Positions 27,301 to 42,600 of a stretch of 64,000 nucleotides of DNA are shown piece after piece; the first letter of the stretch is position 1, and the number at the start of each line of letters is the position of its first letter. The notes under the pieces are model-generated. The model was not told the DNA's origin and searched no databases. It worked only from the letters and a program-made list of their open reading frames with translations. This DNA comes from Antedon mediterranea (lineage: Eukaryota; Animalia; Echinodermata), in the NCBI RefSeq assembly GCF_964355755.1, contig NC_092678.1:15107681-15171680 (forward strand). Reading direction: 5' to 3'. A program made the translations under genes and the position numbers.

Positions 27301-30300
27301 AAATGAAGATAATGAAAACGTAGATAATGAAAATGTAGATTTTGAAGCAGCGACAAGTAGTAGGGCAAATTAGCAATGTGGCAAGTACATACTGCCCTTA
27401 AGTATTAATATACAGTATTGCAATACAACAGAAATAATTATACAGAGAGATTACAAAACTTTATATTTAGTTTTCACCTTGTTTTTTTTATATTAAACAT
27501 GAAAGTTCTTTTATATTTAACACTGTAAATAACATTGTGTATCATTCAGCTTGAAACTTATCAGTATATTCATTTTTATACATTATAATACATAAGAAAA
27601 AATGGTGCTTTCTCTGTAATATTGATTACAAAACTTTATATTTAACACTGTAAATAACATTGTGTATCATTTGGTTGCACAATAACCAAGTACTGTGTAC
27701 TTAGTTCAGCTTGAAACTTATCAGTATTTATTTTTATACATTATAATTTACATAAGAAAAAATGGTGCTTTCTGTGTAATATTGATTACAAAACTTTATA
27801 TTTAATTTTCACCTTGTTTTTTTAAATGCAACACTGTAAATAACATATAATATGCAATACATAAGAAAAAATAGTGCTTTCGAACTGTATAATACTGATT
27901 ACAAACTTGGTTTAATAAATGTTTTTTATACACTTTAATTTTATATAAACTTTTTATTTACATAGTTTACTTCAACAAACATCTTACATTCGTTTTAGAT
28001 AAGGAATAGAATGCTTGTAAAATTTGTTTAATTTAAGAAGGAGACTGTTCCAATATTGTTCATTGAACTTAACTCTCAAAACTGCCATTTGTCTAGAATC
28101 TGACAAATACACAACAAAATCACACCAGGTCAAACCTGTGATCGCCATTTGCCCTTGTATTTGTTCATAATAACCCATTTTATGTTTTTGTTTCAACTCC
28201 AGCTTGCCATCAACCCGATTGATATAAAAGTCACCATCGCTTATAGCATCTTCTATTGTTTGGCTTTTTTTAGTAAGTGGGCATTTAATTTCCACAAGTC
28301 CATAGCAGGGATTAGAAGAAGGGTCATATACTTTGCCATCTGGTGTAGCACCAAGGTGTGGTAAATCTGGATTAATCACCAGTCCACTATCGTAAACCAT
28401 GAAGTTATTAACCCGTTTTGCAGACTCTGTTGCATATATTTTTAATGCTGGTTTTTCATTTGCACTTCCATGGCTAACAGACCGGATATGTCCAATATTT
28501 TTGCTATTAAATATAGCCTTATAAAACGATACATTAGCACCTTTCACACGACTGTTGATTTTACCAAATTTTGACGATGTCAATCGCAATTTTCTCTGTT
28601 CTCTCCATTCATTAGAGTTTGATTGCAAAACAGTTTGCCTTTCTATGGCTCTCGCATTTTCGAGATCAACGGCTATCTGACCTAACCACTCCTTATCCAT
28701 ATCCTGAAAATTATAACGTCCACAACCCATTGGTAAATCTGGAAAACCTTTACATTCTGTTATGAGTATGAGAGGCCCAGGATCCTTAGAGAAAAACATG
28801 GTCACTCTTTGTTTTCCCGCATCTGTTGCCAGTTGATAGGAAAGGCAAGAGCCTAGCGGCACACTTCCTAGTGGTGTTTCATAAGATACTGATGGTTCCT
28901 GATCAGTTAGTAAATAGGAAAATGGTGGCGGAGAAATTTCATCGCAATTTTCTCTCATTCTTGTAATCGCAGGAATAACTCCTATTTTATCAAAGGTTTC
29001 CTTTAAATATTTTCGTCGTGGGTCATAAAGTTTACAAAAAACAGGTAGCCTTTTTCTACCATGCCTGTCAGTTTCTGCATTTGCATAATGTGTACCCATT
29101 ACAGGCAAAGGAATGATTGGGTCCTGCCTAGGTATATTCCACTCTTGTGGTTTACTTGTGCACGAAATATCCGACGGAATTTCACTCAAGCCATCTGAAC
29201 TGTAGTGTAGTCCAAAAACTGATAAATTATGGCCAGTACGTGATTACACAGCCCTCCTGACCCTGCAACACAAGAGCAATGAGCTTCTCTAAGTTGTGCT
29301 CTCCCTTCAAAACTAAAAAAGCATATGTTGCTACAATGTGGGCTTTGTCGTTTTCTTTGGCTGCGATAGCAATATGCCTGTATAACATAATCTGTGCCTT
29401 GGCCATCCGTCCTAGGCACATGGGCAATAACCCCACCGTGTACGTATTTTTCCTTAAAAAAAGTCCACGATTTACCGTCGGTCTCCTTTACCCCTTTTGA
29501 AATCCAATCTGCCATAGTAAGCGGAGTGAATTTGGGAACATTTATCAATGATTTTTTTAAATTTAACTCACGTGTAAATACACAAATACAACAAGAATTA
29601 TGAGCGTTACAGCAACAACATTGGTTAGACGACGCCATGATTCACGTGTATAAACATAAGAAATGTGCCGCCCTCAACGGTTTGTTATGATTTCATACCC
29701 ACTCGGATTTTAGACGTCGGTTCGCCATTTCTCTCTATTGTTTGAGTTACTTTACTTTATCACAAGTATTTATATTTGTTTAAAGAATTGATAAACTCTG
29801 TGTCAGGAATAGTCACCATGTTATGTGAATGTTTAAAACACTGTCACTACACAGTAATACAGATACAGGTTAAATTTAATTTCGTCTGTCTCATAAATTA
29901 AAAAAAAACAGCTTTTTATACGATTTTAATTTTTTTTTAATTGCATTATTTGCACAGATTCTGAGCTCACCAAGAAAATGCGTGAAAATGCGTTAGCAAA
30001 AAGAGTTGATAACGAGTTAAAAAAAGGTAGGTAGGCCTACAGCAAAACCAATGAAAGCGTGTTTATATAAGATAATAAAAAAAAGTCGAATCATACATTT
30101 TAAAATACTAAAAACATGACATTAAACATACCATCTAGGTCGTGCCCACAGATTGTTCTCGAATACATACTAATTTCAGCGTAAAAAAACTGGTGATTTC
30201 AAATGTACGTACAGCAGTACTTTAAAACATTGTCGTTTACAGAAACAAATAAATAGACACAATTATTTATGAAGTCAACCAAAATTAGCACCCTGGAAAT

Positions 30301-33300
30301 TACTTTCAAAATGAGTCCAAATTTTTGATTTGGACTCATTTAAACAAATCCAATTTGTGTTTTGTATCTAATATTAGAATTGAGGGTTGGGGATGAGGAG
30401 AGGTACAAAGAGGAACAATTTTTTAAATAATATTAATAATAATAATAATGGAAATTTGTAATATATTCTTTATATTATATTATTCTTTAGATTTCTTTAT
30501 TATCCACTCAGTAACGAAATATTTTTGTATAGGCTTATAATAATATACCACTAAATAGATTAAAACATTTCCGATTTAATACTTTGTTAAAACTGTCACT
30601 GTCATAGTCGATTGAAATAGTAAAGTACATGTAACGATATACCACTACGACGTTTATATTTTTTGTAATTATTAATTAATACAAACGTTGAAAAGCAACT
30701 GTCAGTAATGAAGTATTATATTATTATGTGTTTATAATCTAAAAGTAGGTGTTACCCACACTCACAGTAAAAAGGTTTATTAGTATATTTGTTTATATTA
30801 TATCTAACAGTACCTACTGTACACTCACTATAAGAAATTTTCGATTCAAATGGGGATCAAAAGTGGTTAATACCTATTTATTAGTAGTGTATAGCATTAC
30901 AATAATATTTATGTTTATTCTCCATGGGCCCATAAATTTACCTACTTGGACGTGTTAAACCACGGAGGTATGCATCCATAGTTAAACCAAATAATGTGGA
31001 ATGTTCCATTCATTGCAAATCAATACATTTTTATAAACGTATATTAAATGTATCAAAATAGCATTTTTTAAAGAAAATCGGCCTGTCTTCAACATTATGA
31101 TGCTGTACACGAACTGTTAAACCGGTTTTCAGCTATTAAAAACAATTATCGTAGGAGGAGATAGGAAAATGCGAAGCGTCCTCGTATTATTGTGTGCGGG
31201 TATTTTTCAAATTGACATCCATTAGACAGTGTATATCGGAAAACACCCCTATTTGGGGCAAATCGTTGAACCTAAATTTGTTTTAATCGTCAATAACTAA
31301 CTACCGAACACAATTTAATTAGTAAACAGGGTTACATCAGGTGGTTAAAATCAGTACCGAAAGTACGAACCAACTTCATATGCCATCGAGTAATTAGGAT
31401 ACAACGTTTTCAGTTGCTGTCTAATGTACACATATTTAAGGTGTTTTTATACACAAGATACAAAATTGTATATATCGACGTATATAAAAAAAATTAGTTC
31501 ATCTGAGGATTGTTGGATTCTCTCTGTGTAGCCAGATGTTCTAGAACAATGAATAACTGTATTTAAATACCGATAAAGTGGATATAAATAAATGCACCAT
31601 GCAATATAATAGCTTCACAATGATGATGGGTAATGTTTCTGGAACATGTTTGTAGGTCGACAACCATCCGTAACTATCAGCTTTAAACTATTTCAAACGA
31701 GTTGTTTTATTTTCATTTTAAAACTCTTTTTGAAATTTTGAATTATTGAATCACTCAAAAAATATGATTTTATTTCATTCTTGTTAGAACAATGTGTTCT
31801 CTCGATTTCGTTTTCTCTTTTTTCTTAACATCATTTTGTTTCCTAAAATTGTTATTTTCGTGACCTCAACACTATTCTATTTATTAAAAAAATGTAATTC
31901 CTCCATCGAAATCATGTCTTTCTTTCTAATTTACATTTGAAGAAAAAAAAACCATAGGCATACGTAAATACACCGGACAGCAGTTCAAATGATTTTTGTT
32001 TATATTGTGTTTTTATTTATGTTATCATGTTATCAAGATTTTGTAAGAAGTAAAACCAGAAGTGTTGATTCAGAGAGTATTCCAAATGAAATAACTAGCA
32101 TATGGGACTACGCTGGTCAACTGGACTACTATATAACACACAGGGTATGCTAATCAAAATGTTATTTAAAAAATACAATATAAACAATATAATACAGTAT
32201 ATAAACATGATGTACATTCAATTTAAAATTATCCCTAAAATGAATAGGTAGGCGTAATTTAGATATTACCCTTACCGTAATTGTATATTACATACCAACC
32301 TATTAAATTAAAAATTATATGCGGTGATGGCTATCTATATTAACATTTTCTGCGATAACGTAATCATCCCCTTACAGTTTCAGTATAAATAATTCTTCAT
32401 TATTGTATTATAACAATGCTGCTATATACATATTACGTTACGTAAATCTTGATGTAGGCCTAAATATTTTTCAAAGCGTAGTTTGCCTTGTTTGAACTGC
32501 AATGAAACGATTATAATATGTATCATTTTAACATTAATCAGTTTACATACTCGTCACAGAATGCAATATTTCCGATAGCATTGCGTCGATATGATATAAT
32601 GATATTGTCACATATACCTAAATTAAAATATATATAAATTCAACGCCAAACATATGCGAATGATGTTCAGTAGGAAAATTAAAGAAGAAAATAATGAATA
32701 GTCTATTAGATGGCAGATCACCAATCAACCATTCGTGTTCATAATTATTACATGTCAGGTATAATTATTCTAATTGTCATTTTGGGGATTGGAGCATTCT
32801 CCAATTAAATTTTAATCCTAATCGGTCCCCATAGTTGTCAAAAATGTCATATACCACAATGCACCTACCATAAACAAGATTTTGTAGTAACAAGGCCATA
32901 TACATGGCTGCAGTCTCGTGCTCAAGTTAGTGTCTACCGACCAACCGTCCGACCGCCCAACCGGCCGACATAGTGAGCTGTAGAGTCGCGTTGCACGATA
33001 CTAAAAATGTCCAATAAAAAGAGAATTAAAAACAATGTACACAACCTACATGTGTATAGTATTAGTAGTATTAACCACAAATTGCGCTCCATGCAAGTTG
33101 AGAATGCTCCAACCGGCCAAAATGAGGTTCAACAAATTATTATATCCTATACATCAATTATCTGTGTTTTGTTCAGTTTTTCCTCACAAATACAGTATCG
33201 TACTGCGTTGCGTTTAGTGCGTTGGATAAATTAGACGAACTAGCTAAAAGACGAGATCCAGCTTTGGTAAGCTCACCAAGTTATATTATGCTTATTATAT

Positions 33301-36300
33301 TAAAATGTAATATTAATAGTTTAATATAATATACGCTGGCTATATATAATAGAGTATATATCATTTAAAAATCTATTTTACATTTCAATTCAGGGTCCGT
33401 TAGGAATGACTAATTTAGACATAATTCTGTTCTGGGTAAGGTCAGTATATGAACATACTGTGGTACAACATGCTTCAGGAAACACCATTTCAATTGATGG
33501 CAAAGTGATAAAATCGCCTCCCATCAGTTTGGTTGCTACTCATATAGACAAATTGCCAGGAACAAAATCAGAAAAGCTGAAAGAGGTAATAGCCATAATA
33601 AAATAATGAAATATACAGATTTATGAATATATATTGATTATTTCGGTCTATTAATTTATAGCAGTGTTTACTGAAGTAGCAGTATGTAAAAACATAATTA
33701 ATATAATATGAAGAGCAATGGTCATAACGTTGAGTATTACAAGATACACAGATAAGATGTATAATATAATAAATATTACACTATTATCAAAAATAATATT
33801 CCTGGGGTTGTTTTTTTCGGGAGAATCACAAATGTTGTATACATTTATGAGTTCTTAGAAATCATCAATATATACTGTTATGCGTTTGGGTAACGGTTTC
33901 CCAAGAAAATGGAAATAATCAGCACACATCTATCACATCAAATAATGATATCAGGAAAAAAAGTGTGTAATTAAGAGACTGATTAGTACCAAGATTAGTG
34001 CTTCAACAAACAACAACGTGTATAATGATAACGCTAAGAAAATTATAGGTGTTTCAATGAATGTTTTGTGTTGCAAGCTATGCACCAAAATGACACTAAG
34101 ATACGTCTGAAACAATAATACACATACATCACATATACATTGAAATCAACATCAAATCCGAGAAAAAATAGCCCTATATAATATAAACTGTGTAAGAGGG
34201 TGTAGGCGGGAGGTTAGATTGAATGTCTTACTTACAAAATTTGGAGGTCTGAACCTCGTTGCGACCAAATTGAAGAGGTTGAAATTAGGCCCTCTCTAGT
34301 TTCAAAATAGAATTGTGTTCGACTGACACTATTCATATTTGTATTTTCCGAATTTGCACTTATGCACTTATCAACATGTTCTTAGACTCATCAACTTTAT
34401 AACAATTCCAGTTAAGCCAACAATGTTTCCTTATAGCTTGAATAGTGTTTGTCCGCAAATATCTCTTTCTCACAAAGTGTTTCAATTCAATCGTAGGCCT
34501 AATGAACCAGTGTATGCTTATTTAAAATGAATCACGATACCATACTGTATTCGCCCACCACAACCAAACGGTTGCATTAAAGGCCTTGTGCGGGCTAAAC
34601 ATTTATATTGGTCATACATTCCAATAATTATCGATCTATAGTTTCCCCTATGTTTCATAATTTTTGGGATTTTATTTGTGTTACACAAGCTTGTTAAAAA
34701 TAAGCACTTTCATATCAGTGGGGGGATAGTTCAAATTTCACAGTAAAATCTCTATTCTTTTGTACACACATTTTGTAAATAGAGAGGCATTTTAAAAAGC
34801 TATGAAAAATAAATGGTGTGGTAAAAAATGTTATCAGATGACTAAATATTTTTAATTTAACTTGAATATTACATTTCTGATATTTTTATTCAACTTATGA
34901 TTTTTATTTTCATGCTATAGCAAAAATTATCCACTGTATATCCATCATCTTTTTTCGCCGTCTAGGGAGTCACCAGACATGTTATTACATTAGGTTAACT
35001 ACCTAACTACTGGAAAAAGGTCTTCCTGGTTTGTATGGAAGAATTTTGCCAAATTTTGTATTTGACCATACTAAGGGAAATTCATGTTTTTTGTCTCGAT
35101 TTCTGTTACAAATATTTGATTTATGTACAAATAACCAAATATTATATTTAAAATTCATGCCTGTACCTGAGCTTTAAGATAAATGTAGAGTTTATTTTAG
35201 TATTGACACGACCGTGGTTGTAGGCATAGTATGTATCGACATAGGACATCTCACGTAATATCAGTTATCTAGCTTCGTATCATCTGGACCGCTAGGCATA
35301 TACTGTACATTAAAAATAGTATTCCACTGAAACAACATTAAACATTGAATCTTATAAATTTTACAAACTTTAGCAGTAAGCATAGTTGGCAACATTAAAC
35401 ACAAACTGTAATTATATTACAGTTAAAACGTATTAATTATTTTAGAAACACAGACTGTAGTATTAATGCATGTACTGTTATTATTTGAAGGTTCAAAATA
35501 TGTATAAGACCATTTTTGCTACAATGGAAAGAATGGAATATGCCGAACATGTAGATCGTGAAATGTACATGGTCAACAACACGGTGAAAAAACACGAAGG
35601 TATTGAGAAACTTAAGAGAAACGTTGTTAGATACATGGATGTAATAGGGACGAAGGTCATTCCTCTAAAGTGGCTTGATTTTCAGGACAGATTGCAAGCA
35701 ATTGGAAAAACAAGACTGTGCATTTCATTTAATGAGGTAAACCTTGATTGTGCTTTCATGGTATAATAGCAATATCTATTTCTATGCAATTTCTACGTAT
35801 GTGTGATAGCATTTATTGTGTGCACAAAATATTTGAGCTTAGTTAGATGCATCTAACATGAGCTTTACATATAAACAACAATAAAATAAATAACAATATC
35901 CAATGAAAAGGATTATAATTGAATGTCGGTTTTCTTTTGATCTACCATTTCCCTCTTGGTGAGTTCATTCTTATTGAAATCACGTGTTCGTTCAAGAATA
36001 GTCGGACTCGAAGACAACGTCACAATACCAACAGTTTGTTAGATGATAGTGTATCATTTTGTAACGGCTAACTGAAAACACAAGTATTTGAGAGATTTGC
36101 AATTACTCTAAAAGACACTGTAGAAAAAAACAGTGTAGTTTATTAGTATGATAGTATAACTATTTTTCTCGGTTCTTATTATTTATTTAAAAACCTAATT
36201 TTGAATACGTGATTGTTTACTTATTGTATAGGCTTTGCCAAATACACTCCTTAATTGTATCACATTTGAAAGAAAATCTCTACCGCATTAATGATATTGT

Positions 36301-36613
36301 ACCACGTATCAAATTAATAGCTAAATATGTCGATTTTGTATGTTTTAATTTTTAATTCGATTGTTTTAAAGGAAATTTAAAGTAATAAATTATAGTTTAT
36401 ACACAGCACAAGTACTTTCTTTTAACTAAGGATGTGGTATATAAATGTGGGTAGATTTCAGAGTTATAGAAGTTTTAGGATGAATGGTTTTGTTTTTAAA
36501 TGGTAATTAAAAAGTGAATGTTATTCAAGGGAGGCACTTTATCAAAGTTCCAACCACATTTATTATTGACATTTTATTTCTGTAGACCAACGGGTATATG
36601 AATGTATGGAACC

Positions 36614-36658
<45 letters not shown>

Positions 36659-39600
36659 CTGATTGATTGATGATTGATTGATGCATACTAGCACACTTCA
36701 TTGTTAAATTAGCCGTTCAATAGTTTTACAAACTTTTCAATCTACCCACCCAGCCATCCCCCGGCATCATCCAACACCTAACTTCAACACAGGCGCAACT
36801 CATATGTTACTCATTTTATTCGCTCATTTGGCTGGTTTAATTCTGGTGAATTATTTTGCCCTCAAATTCCACAATTTATCTCACTTACATCTTTACCGAT
36901 AAATACTGAATAACAACCATTTGATTTACTGGCTCCTGTGACCACACACTGGACCTTTAATACAGCGATTTCATATGAGTGGTAGCCCCCAAGAGGCCAA
37001 AATGTAGTTTATTATTAAGCTATAGTAGTACTTCGTTAGCCTCCGAGCTTTAATACACCAGACACTAATTGTATCAAAGTAAAACATTTACGCCATCCTA
37101 ATAACACAATAAATTATCCATTGTTTTTGCGAACAAAATTAAAAATATACAAATAATACATCAAAACACAATGCTGTTACCTTAACCAGCTTACACGTGA
37201 CAACCAAATATCAACGAATCATTATACATTCAAATACAGAAATGTATACAATATGAGCCGTATCTAAAACTATAAACTAATTAACTAACTAATGCTTAAA
37301 TCAATATAATCTAATGATACTGTTAAAATAAGCCTTGTAGGTTATTATTATTATTATATAATAATATTTTTCCCTTATTTGCATTATAACATTTAATAAC
37401 ATAATATGCATTGTAGTAATTGGAAGTGTAGGCCTAATTACATTATGAATACAATTGTAGTTTGTTATCACAAAGTTTATATTACTCGCTTACATGTTAT
37501 AGCATGTTGCAAGGATAAGCTACTAACTGCATGAGACCTGTATACCTACCTGGATAGTGAACGTATCGGTTGCATTAAATATAGGTACACTTTTGTTATT
37601 TATTCTAACTAAACATCTACAATGGCCAACGTTGAAAACAAAGAGCCAAATATTTCTAATTTTAATATTAGCGCCGCTGAACCGAACACCTGGCTGTCGA
37701 CTCTCATCAAGTCAATCATGGGCTGCAAAACCATTGCTGATATTAAATCAACATTATGCGACGCAGTCACCAAGATTGTCTCCTTGGAAAAAGGCATTAC
37801 CATCCTCAATCTTGAAATCACCGGTTTACAAAAAGAACTGAGGAATTTGCACGCCGATAAGCAGGAAAATTCTGATTTCATGGATGTTAAGCTGAAGGAT
37901 ATTGCCGAGGATACGCAGCAATCCACTACGGAATGCATAGAAGAGATACGCGACAAAATCGACAACCTAGAAGGACGTCAACGCCGTAACAATCTGAGGT
38001 TTACTGGCATACCCGAACAAGCGGAGGATAGCGAAGGTACTGTTAATTTCCTTTCCTCATTTATTTCCAATACCACCGGCATCTAAATCGCTAATGATGA
38101 TATACAACGAGCCCATCGAGTTGGACCACGTAATACCACCAGGAATAAACCGAGACCACTTGTTGCATACTTTCTCAGATATTCCACTAAAGAATGAGTA
38201 CGCAATGCAGCTCCAAAAGTGAGACCTAAATTTAAAGATAATAACATCTACGTAAATGATGATTTTACCAGCAGAGTGATAAGTAGAAGAATGGCATTAT
38301 ACTCATCGATGAAATACCTGCATTCCAACAAAGTAAAGGCCTGGCTCCACCTTGACAAATTGCGTTACATAGATACAAATGGTTATGTTCGCACATTCAT
38401 CGACATGGATCATCTTGCCAAATACTACCCGAACCTCAAGGAAGCACATGAGTACTGAGTAATTCTAGTCGTTGCAATAATTAACTTTACTTTGACTCTA
38501 CTTACCGTCAACCGAAATATTACCTATAATAAATTTTTATTTCAAGAATTGTTTATTTTGCTTCTCATTAATTATGTATTAATGTATACAGTCTCATGCA
38601 TGCTTATTGCTGTATTTCTTTTTTAGATAACGTTATACGCAGCTATTGTTAATGAATGTTAATTATCTTCACTTACTTCCTTTTTATGACTTTAATGTGA
38701 ACTCTGAACTTACTAACAACAATGATATTTCTAACATAACCTTTAATCCAGTTAATTACAATGAAAATGACAAATATGATGAATCTTTTGATCAACTAAT
38801 TAATAATCTCAATTCACAGTCAGTTACCCTAGATGAATGCAGCTTTTATGATTATTCACAATTTACTTCTAAGTTTAATACATCCTTTAATACTAAACTA
38901 TCTCTCCTGCATCTTAATATTAGAAGTATTACGCATACAGTTAATGATCTCGAATGCCTTTTGAATTCAATTAATAACAAATTTTCCATAATCGGTATCA
39001 GTGAAACATGGCTTAATGAAAACTCCCCTATTCCTTTCATTAATAACTACTCCTTCTTTGCAAGCAATAGAAGCAATAATCAAATTGGCGGAGGAGTTGC
39101 ATTTTTTATACGTAATGATATTAGCATTACAATTCGAAATGACTTAAAATTACCAGACGACCTTTCCGAATCACTTTTTGTTGAGATTGAAAATTCAAAG
39201 ACAAAAAATGATATTATAGGCATTATTTACAGAGCCCCCTGTGGAGGGCTAGATTCTTTTACTAAATCCGTCGATAATGTATTAACCCAAATTAACAATG
39301 AAAACAAAAATTGTCATCTCATGGGAGACTTCAATATTGATTTATTAAAATTCAATAACCATAAATTAACAAACACCTATCTAAATACTTTAATTTCCCA
39401 TTCTTTTTTTCCAACTATTTCAAAACCAACTAGGATTACCTCAACTTCGGCCACCTTGATTGATAATTTTTATTCCAAACAATCTAACTATAAAATAGTT
39501 GCTGGTGTTTTACTTAATGATATCTCCGACCACCTTCCTATATTTCAGTTCATTGATCAAGAAAATAATGATCAAAACCTTGATGATAATAGCGCCAACT

Positions 39601-42600
39601 ATTCATTTCGTATAAACGACCTAAATGCCTTATCGATTGATTTAGAAGGTGAAGACTGGTCTATGATATTTGATTGTGCCCCAAGATTGAGTTTTGAAAA
39701 ATTTACAAATATCCACTCCAGACACTTGGTTAAAAGTAGTATAAAATCAAATAAAACGTTTAAACAACCATGGATGTCATCTGCTCTCTTAAAATGTAGT
39801 TCTCGGAAACATAAACTTTATAAGAAATATATGCACACACGTAGTAATAATGACAAACTAAACTATACAAAATATAATAATATTTTCACTAATCTTTGTC
39901 GCACTGCTAAAAAGAATTATTATACTTCCCAGTTTGATAGATATAAAGGTAATCTGAAGAACACATGGCTTGTAATAAATTCTGTTTTAAATAAAGGTAA
40001 TAATAATAACAAGCACCCGAATCTAATTAAAGACGGTGATAATATTTACAAAACTCAAAAAGAGATATGTGAATCGTTTAACAACTATTTTTCTACAATT
40101 GGTCCTAATCTTATTAATAGTATGCCAACTAATATAACTGATCCATTATCTTATCTTCATTCTGCGTTTGCCAACTCGTTTTATATTAGCCCAGTTTCAA
40201 TTGATGATGTTAACCTAACTATATACAATCTAGATTCTAATAAAGGGTCTGGATCTGACGGTTTTACTGCTCGTGTCTTAAAATCTGTATCTCCCTTAAG
40301 CATCCACCAACTTACCCATTGTATAAATTCATCTTTTTTATCTGGCACTTTTCCAACACACTTAAAACTAGCTAAAGTTGTGCCCATTTTCAAGAAAGGT
40401 GAACGAAGTCAATTATCTAATTACCGGCCAATATCACTACTTTCAGTGTTTTCCAAAATTATTGAAAAACTCATGTATTCTAAACTTTCTGATTATCTCA
40501 CAAAATTTGATATACTTAATAAACGCCAATATGGTTTTCGAAAAAATCACTCTACATCCCATGCCGTTTTAGATCTTATTAATACTATTACAAATTCATT
40601 TGAATCAAAAGAAAAATGTATTAAGTTTATTTATTGATCTTTCAAAGGCCTTCGATGTTATTAATCACGATAATTTAATTAAAAAACTTGAGTGCTATGG
40701 AATTAGAGGTATTTCATTGAATTGGTTTAATAGTTATTTGTAAGATAGAAAACAATATGTTGCATTAGGATCTTGTACATCGTCGACGATGGATATTACT
40801 TGCGGAGTGCCACAGGGATCTGTGCTTGGGCCATTGCTCTTCCTTATTTATGTTAATAATCTGGCTAATGTCAGTAACAAAATGCAAGTAATATCCTTCG
40901 CCGACGACACCACCTTATTTTACTCTAATTCCAATATTGATTTATTATTTACTACATTCAATGATGAATTAACAAAATTGTGTGACTGGTTTATTTCAAA
41001 CAAATTAATTATTAATACTCTTAAAACAAATTATTAATTTTTCACAATTCTCAACGTAAACTAAAAGTTGATGACCTAAATATACTTCTTGACGGAATTC
41101 ATATTGAACGCAAAACTGCAACACTTTTTTTAGGTGTATATATTCATGAAAACCTCAAATGGAAAAGTCATCAAAATTACGTTTCGAAAAAAATATCAAG
41201 ATCTATTAGTATTATTAACAGACTTAAGCACTTCTTCCCTCTAAATATTTTAATTTCTCTTTATAACGCATTTGTACTTGTTTGGGCTGCAGATTACTCT
41301 TCTAATATTGCTAGATTAACTAAATTACAAAAACGTGCAGCTAGAATTATTACTTTTTCACCATATAGAACCTCATCTGAACCCCTTTTTAAACGTCTTG
41401 GTATACTAAAATTAACGGATATCCACAATGTTCAAGTTGCCAGTTTTATGTTTAATTATTTTAAAAACCAACTTCCTATTTCTATGATTGATATGCTCTG
41501 TAAACGTATCAAATTTCACAATTACAATTTAAGAACTTCTCATTTAAACATTCCTTTTGCTAGACTTACTAAAACTAAATTTTTTATAACTATATCAGGT
41601 CCTAATTTGTGGAATCATATCCCACCAAATATCAAAAGGTCAATATCATTATTTACTTTCCGAAAAAAGTTAAAGAATCATTATATATCTAAATATTATA
41701 CTGCTTAGTTAATATGCTTATTATCATTATTTATACTCATATACTATTTATGTTTACACAAAATATTAGTTGTTGTTTATTATTGCAATCTTTAATCTAT
41801 ACTATATATAATGTATATATAGTATATACTATATATATACTGGAATTATAATTTATGTATACATATTTTTTTTTTCATTTACCAATATCGGTAGTTATTT
41901 CATTTATAATTATCATGAAACTATTGAAATATAATTTAAATAATTTTTATAAAGAAGATGTTAGTTACGTTATTATACTGTAATTTTTTATCCTAAATTA
42001 TATAATTATATATTCTAGGTTATTTTTATTTTTTTAGTAATGTGTTTTGTTGTGGGTCCCTACGAGACAAGTTTTTAACTTCTAGAAGGGATCCATGATA
42101 ATAATGACTACCAATTACTGCTTTATCTATGTTCACTTTAATATCTTTTTTCTATTTTGTATATATTCATTCATTATTATCTAAATAAATATTATCTGCA
42201 GAAGATTTACTTATTCGTCAATATATTGGTAAAAAAATCGTTTTACTAAAATGCTCATTTTTTATTAGGCTTCTCGAATTTGCAATGACTGTGGAATTGC
42301 CGAAGAAGCGATCATCGTTGCCATAAGGTATATGAATGACATTGGAAAGATTATGTATTCCAATAAAGACGAAAAATTAAGGAACACAGTAATAACTAAT
42401 CTTCACACGATGATACAGATGTTGACAACTGTGATCACAGTATTTCCACCACATATTGAAGATGTAAGTAGACAAATCATAATAATTATCATAGTATTAG
42501 AATGAGAAAAAAAATAGATAAAATGTAATTTCTATTTTGCTGACAACTGGAGTCTTCAATTGTGAAGCAATTTGTAGTAATTATTGTGTATACTTACTTC

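Larger units (their letters stand above)
25039..29736. mobile_element. ISL2EU-type (PIF/Harbinger-related) DNA transposon, 4,698 bp
   Basis: TIR agagagaaatggcgaaccg / cggttcgccatttctctct plus subterminal ccgagtgggtat inverted copies; AT TSD; convergent THAP-DDE and SWIM-YqaJ genes. Confidence 0.92.
37622..42190 (+). mobile_element. Near full-length degenerate CR1/L2-group LINE (ORF1, APE-RT ORF2, AT-rich 3' UTR); 5' boundary uncertain
   Basis: ORF1 [17 protein letters not shown] with in-frame stops; EN HLNIRS, GISETW, GDFNID, SDHLP; [30 protein letters not shown]; frameshifts near 40630 and 41035. Confidence 0.92.

Noticed and set aside
27984-29189. YqaJ exonuclease as a phage or bacterial insertion
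   Set aside because: Lies within TIRs beside a THAP transposase, the known ISL2EU arrangement
31520-31680. Extra Roc-insertion microexons near 31531 and 31657
   Set aside because: Weak donors and phases do not fit; 30026 splices in frame directly to 32038
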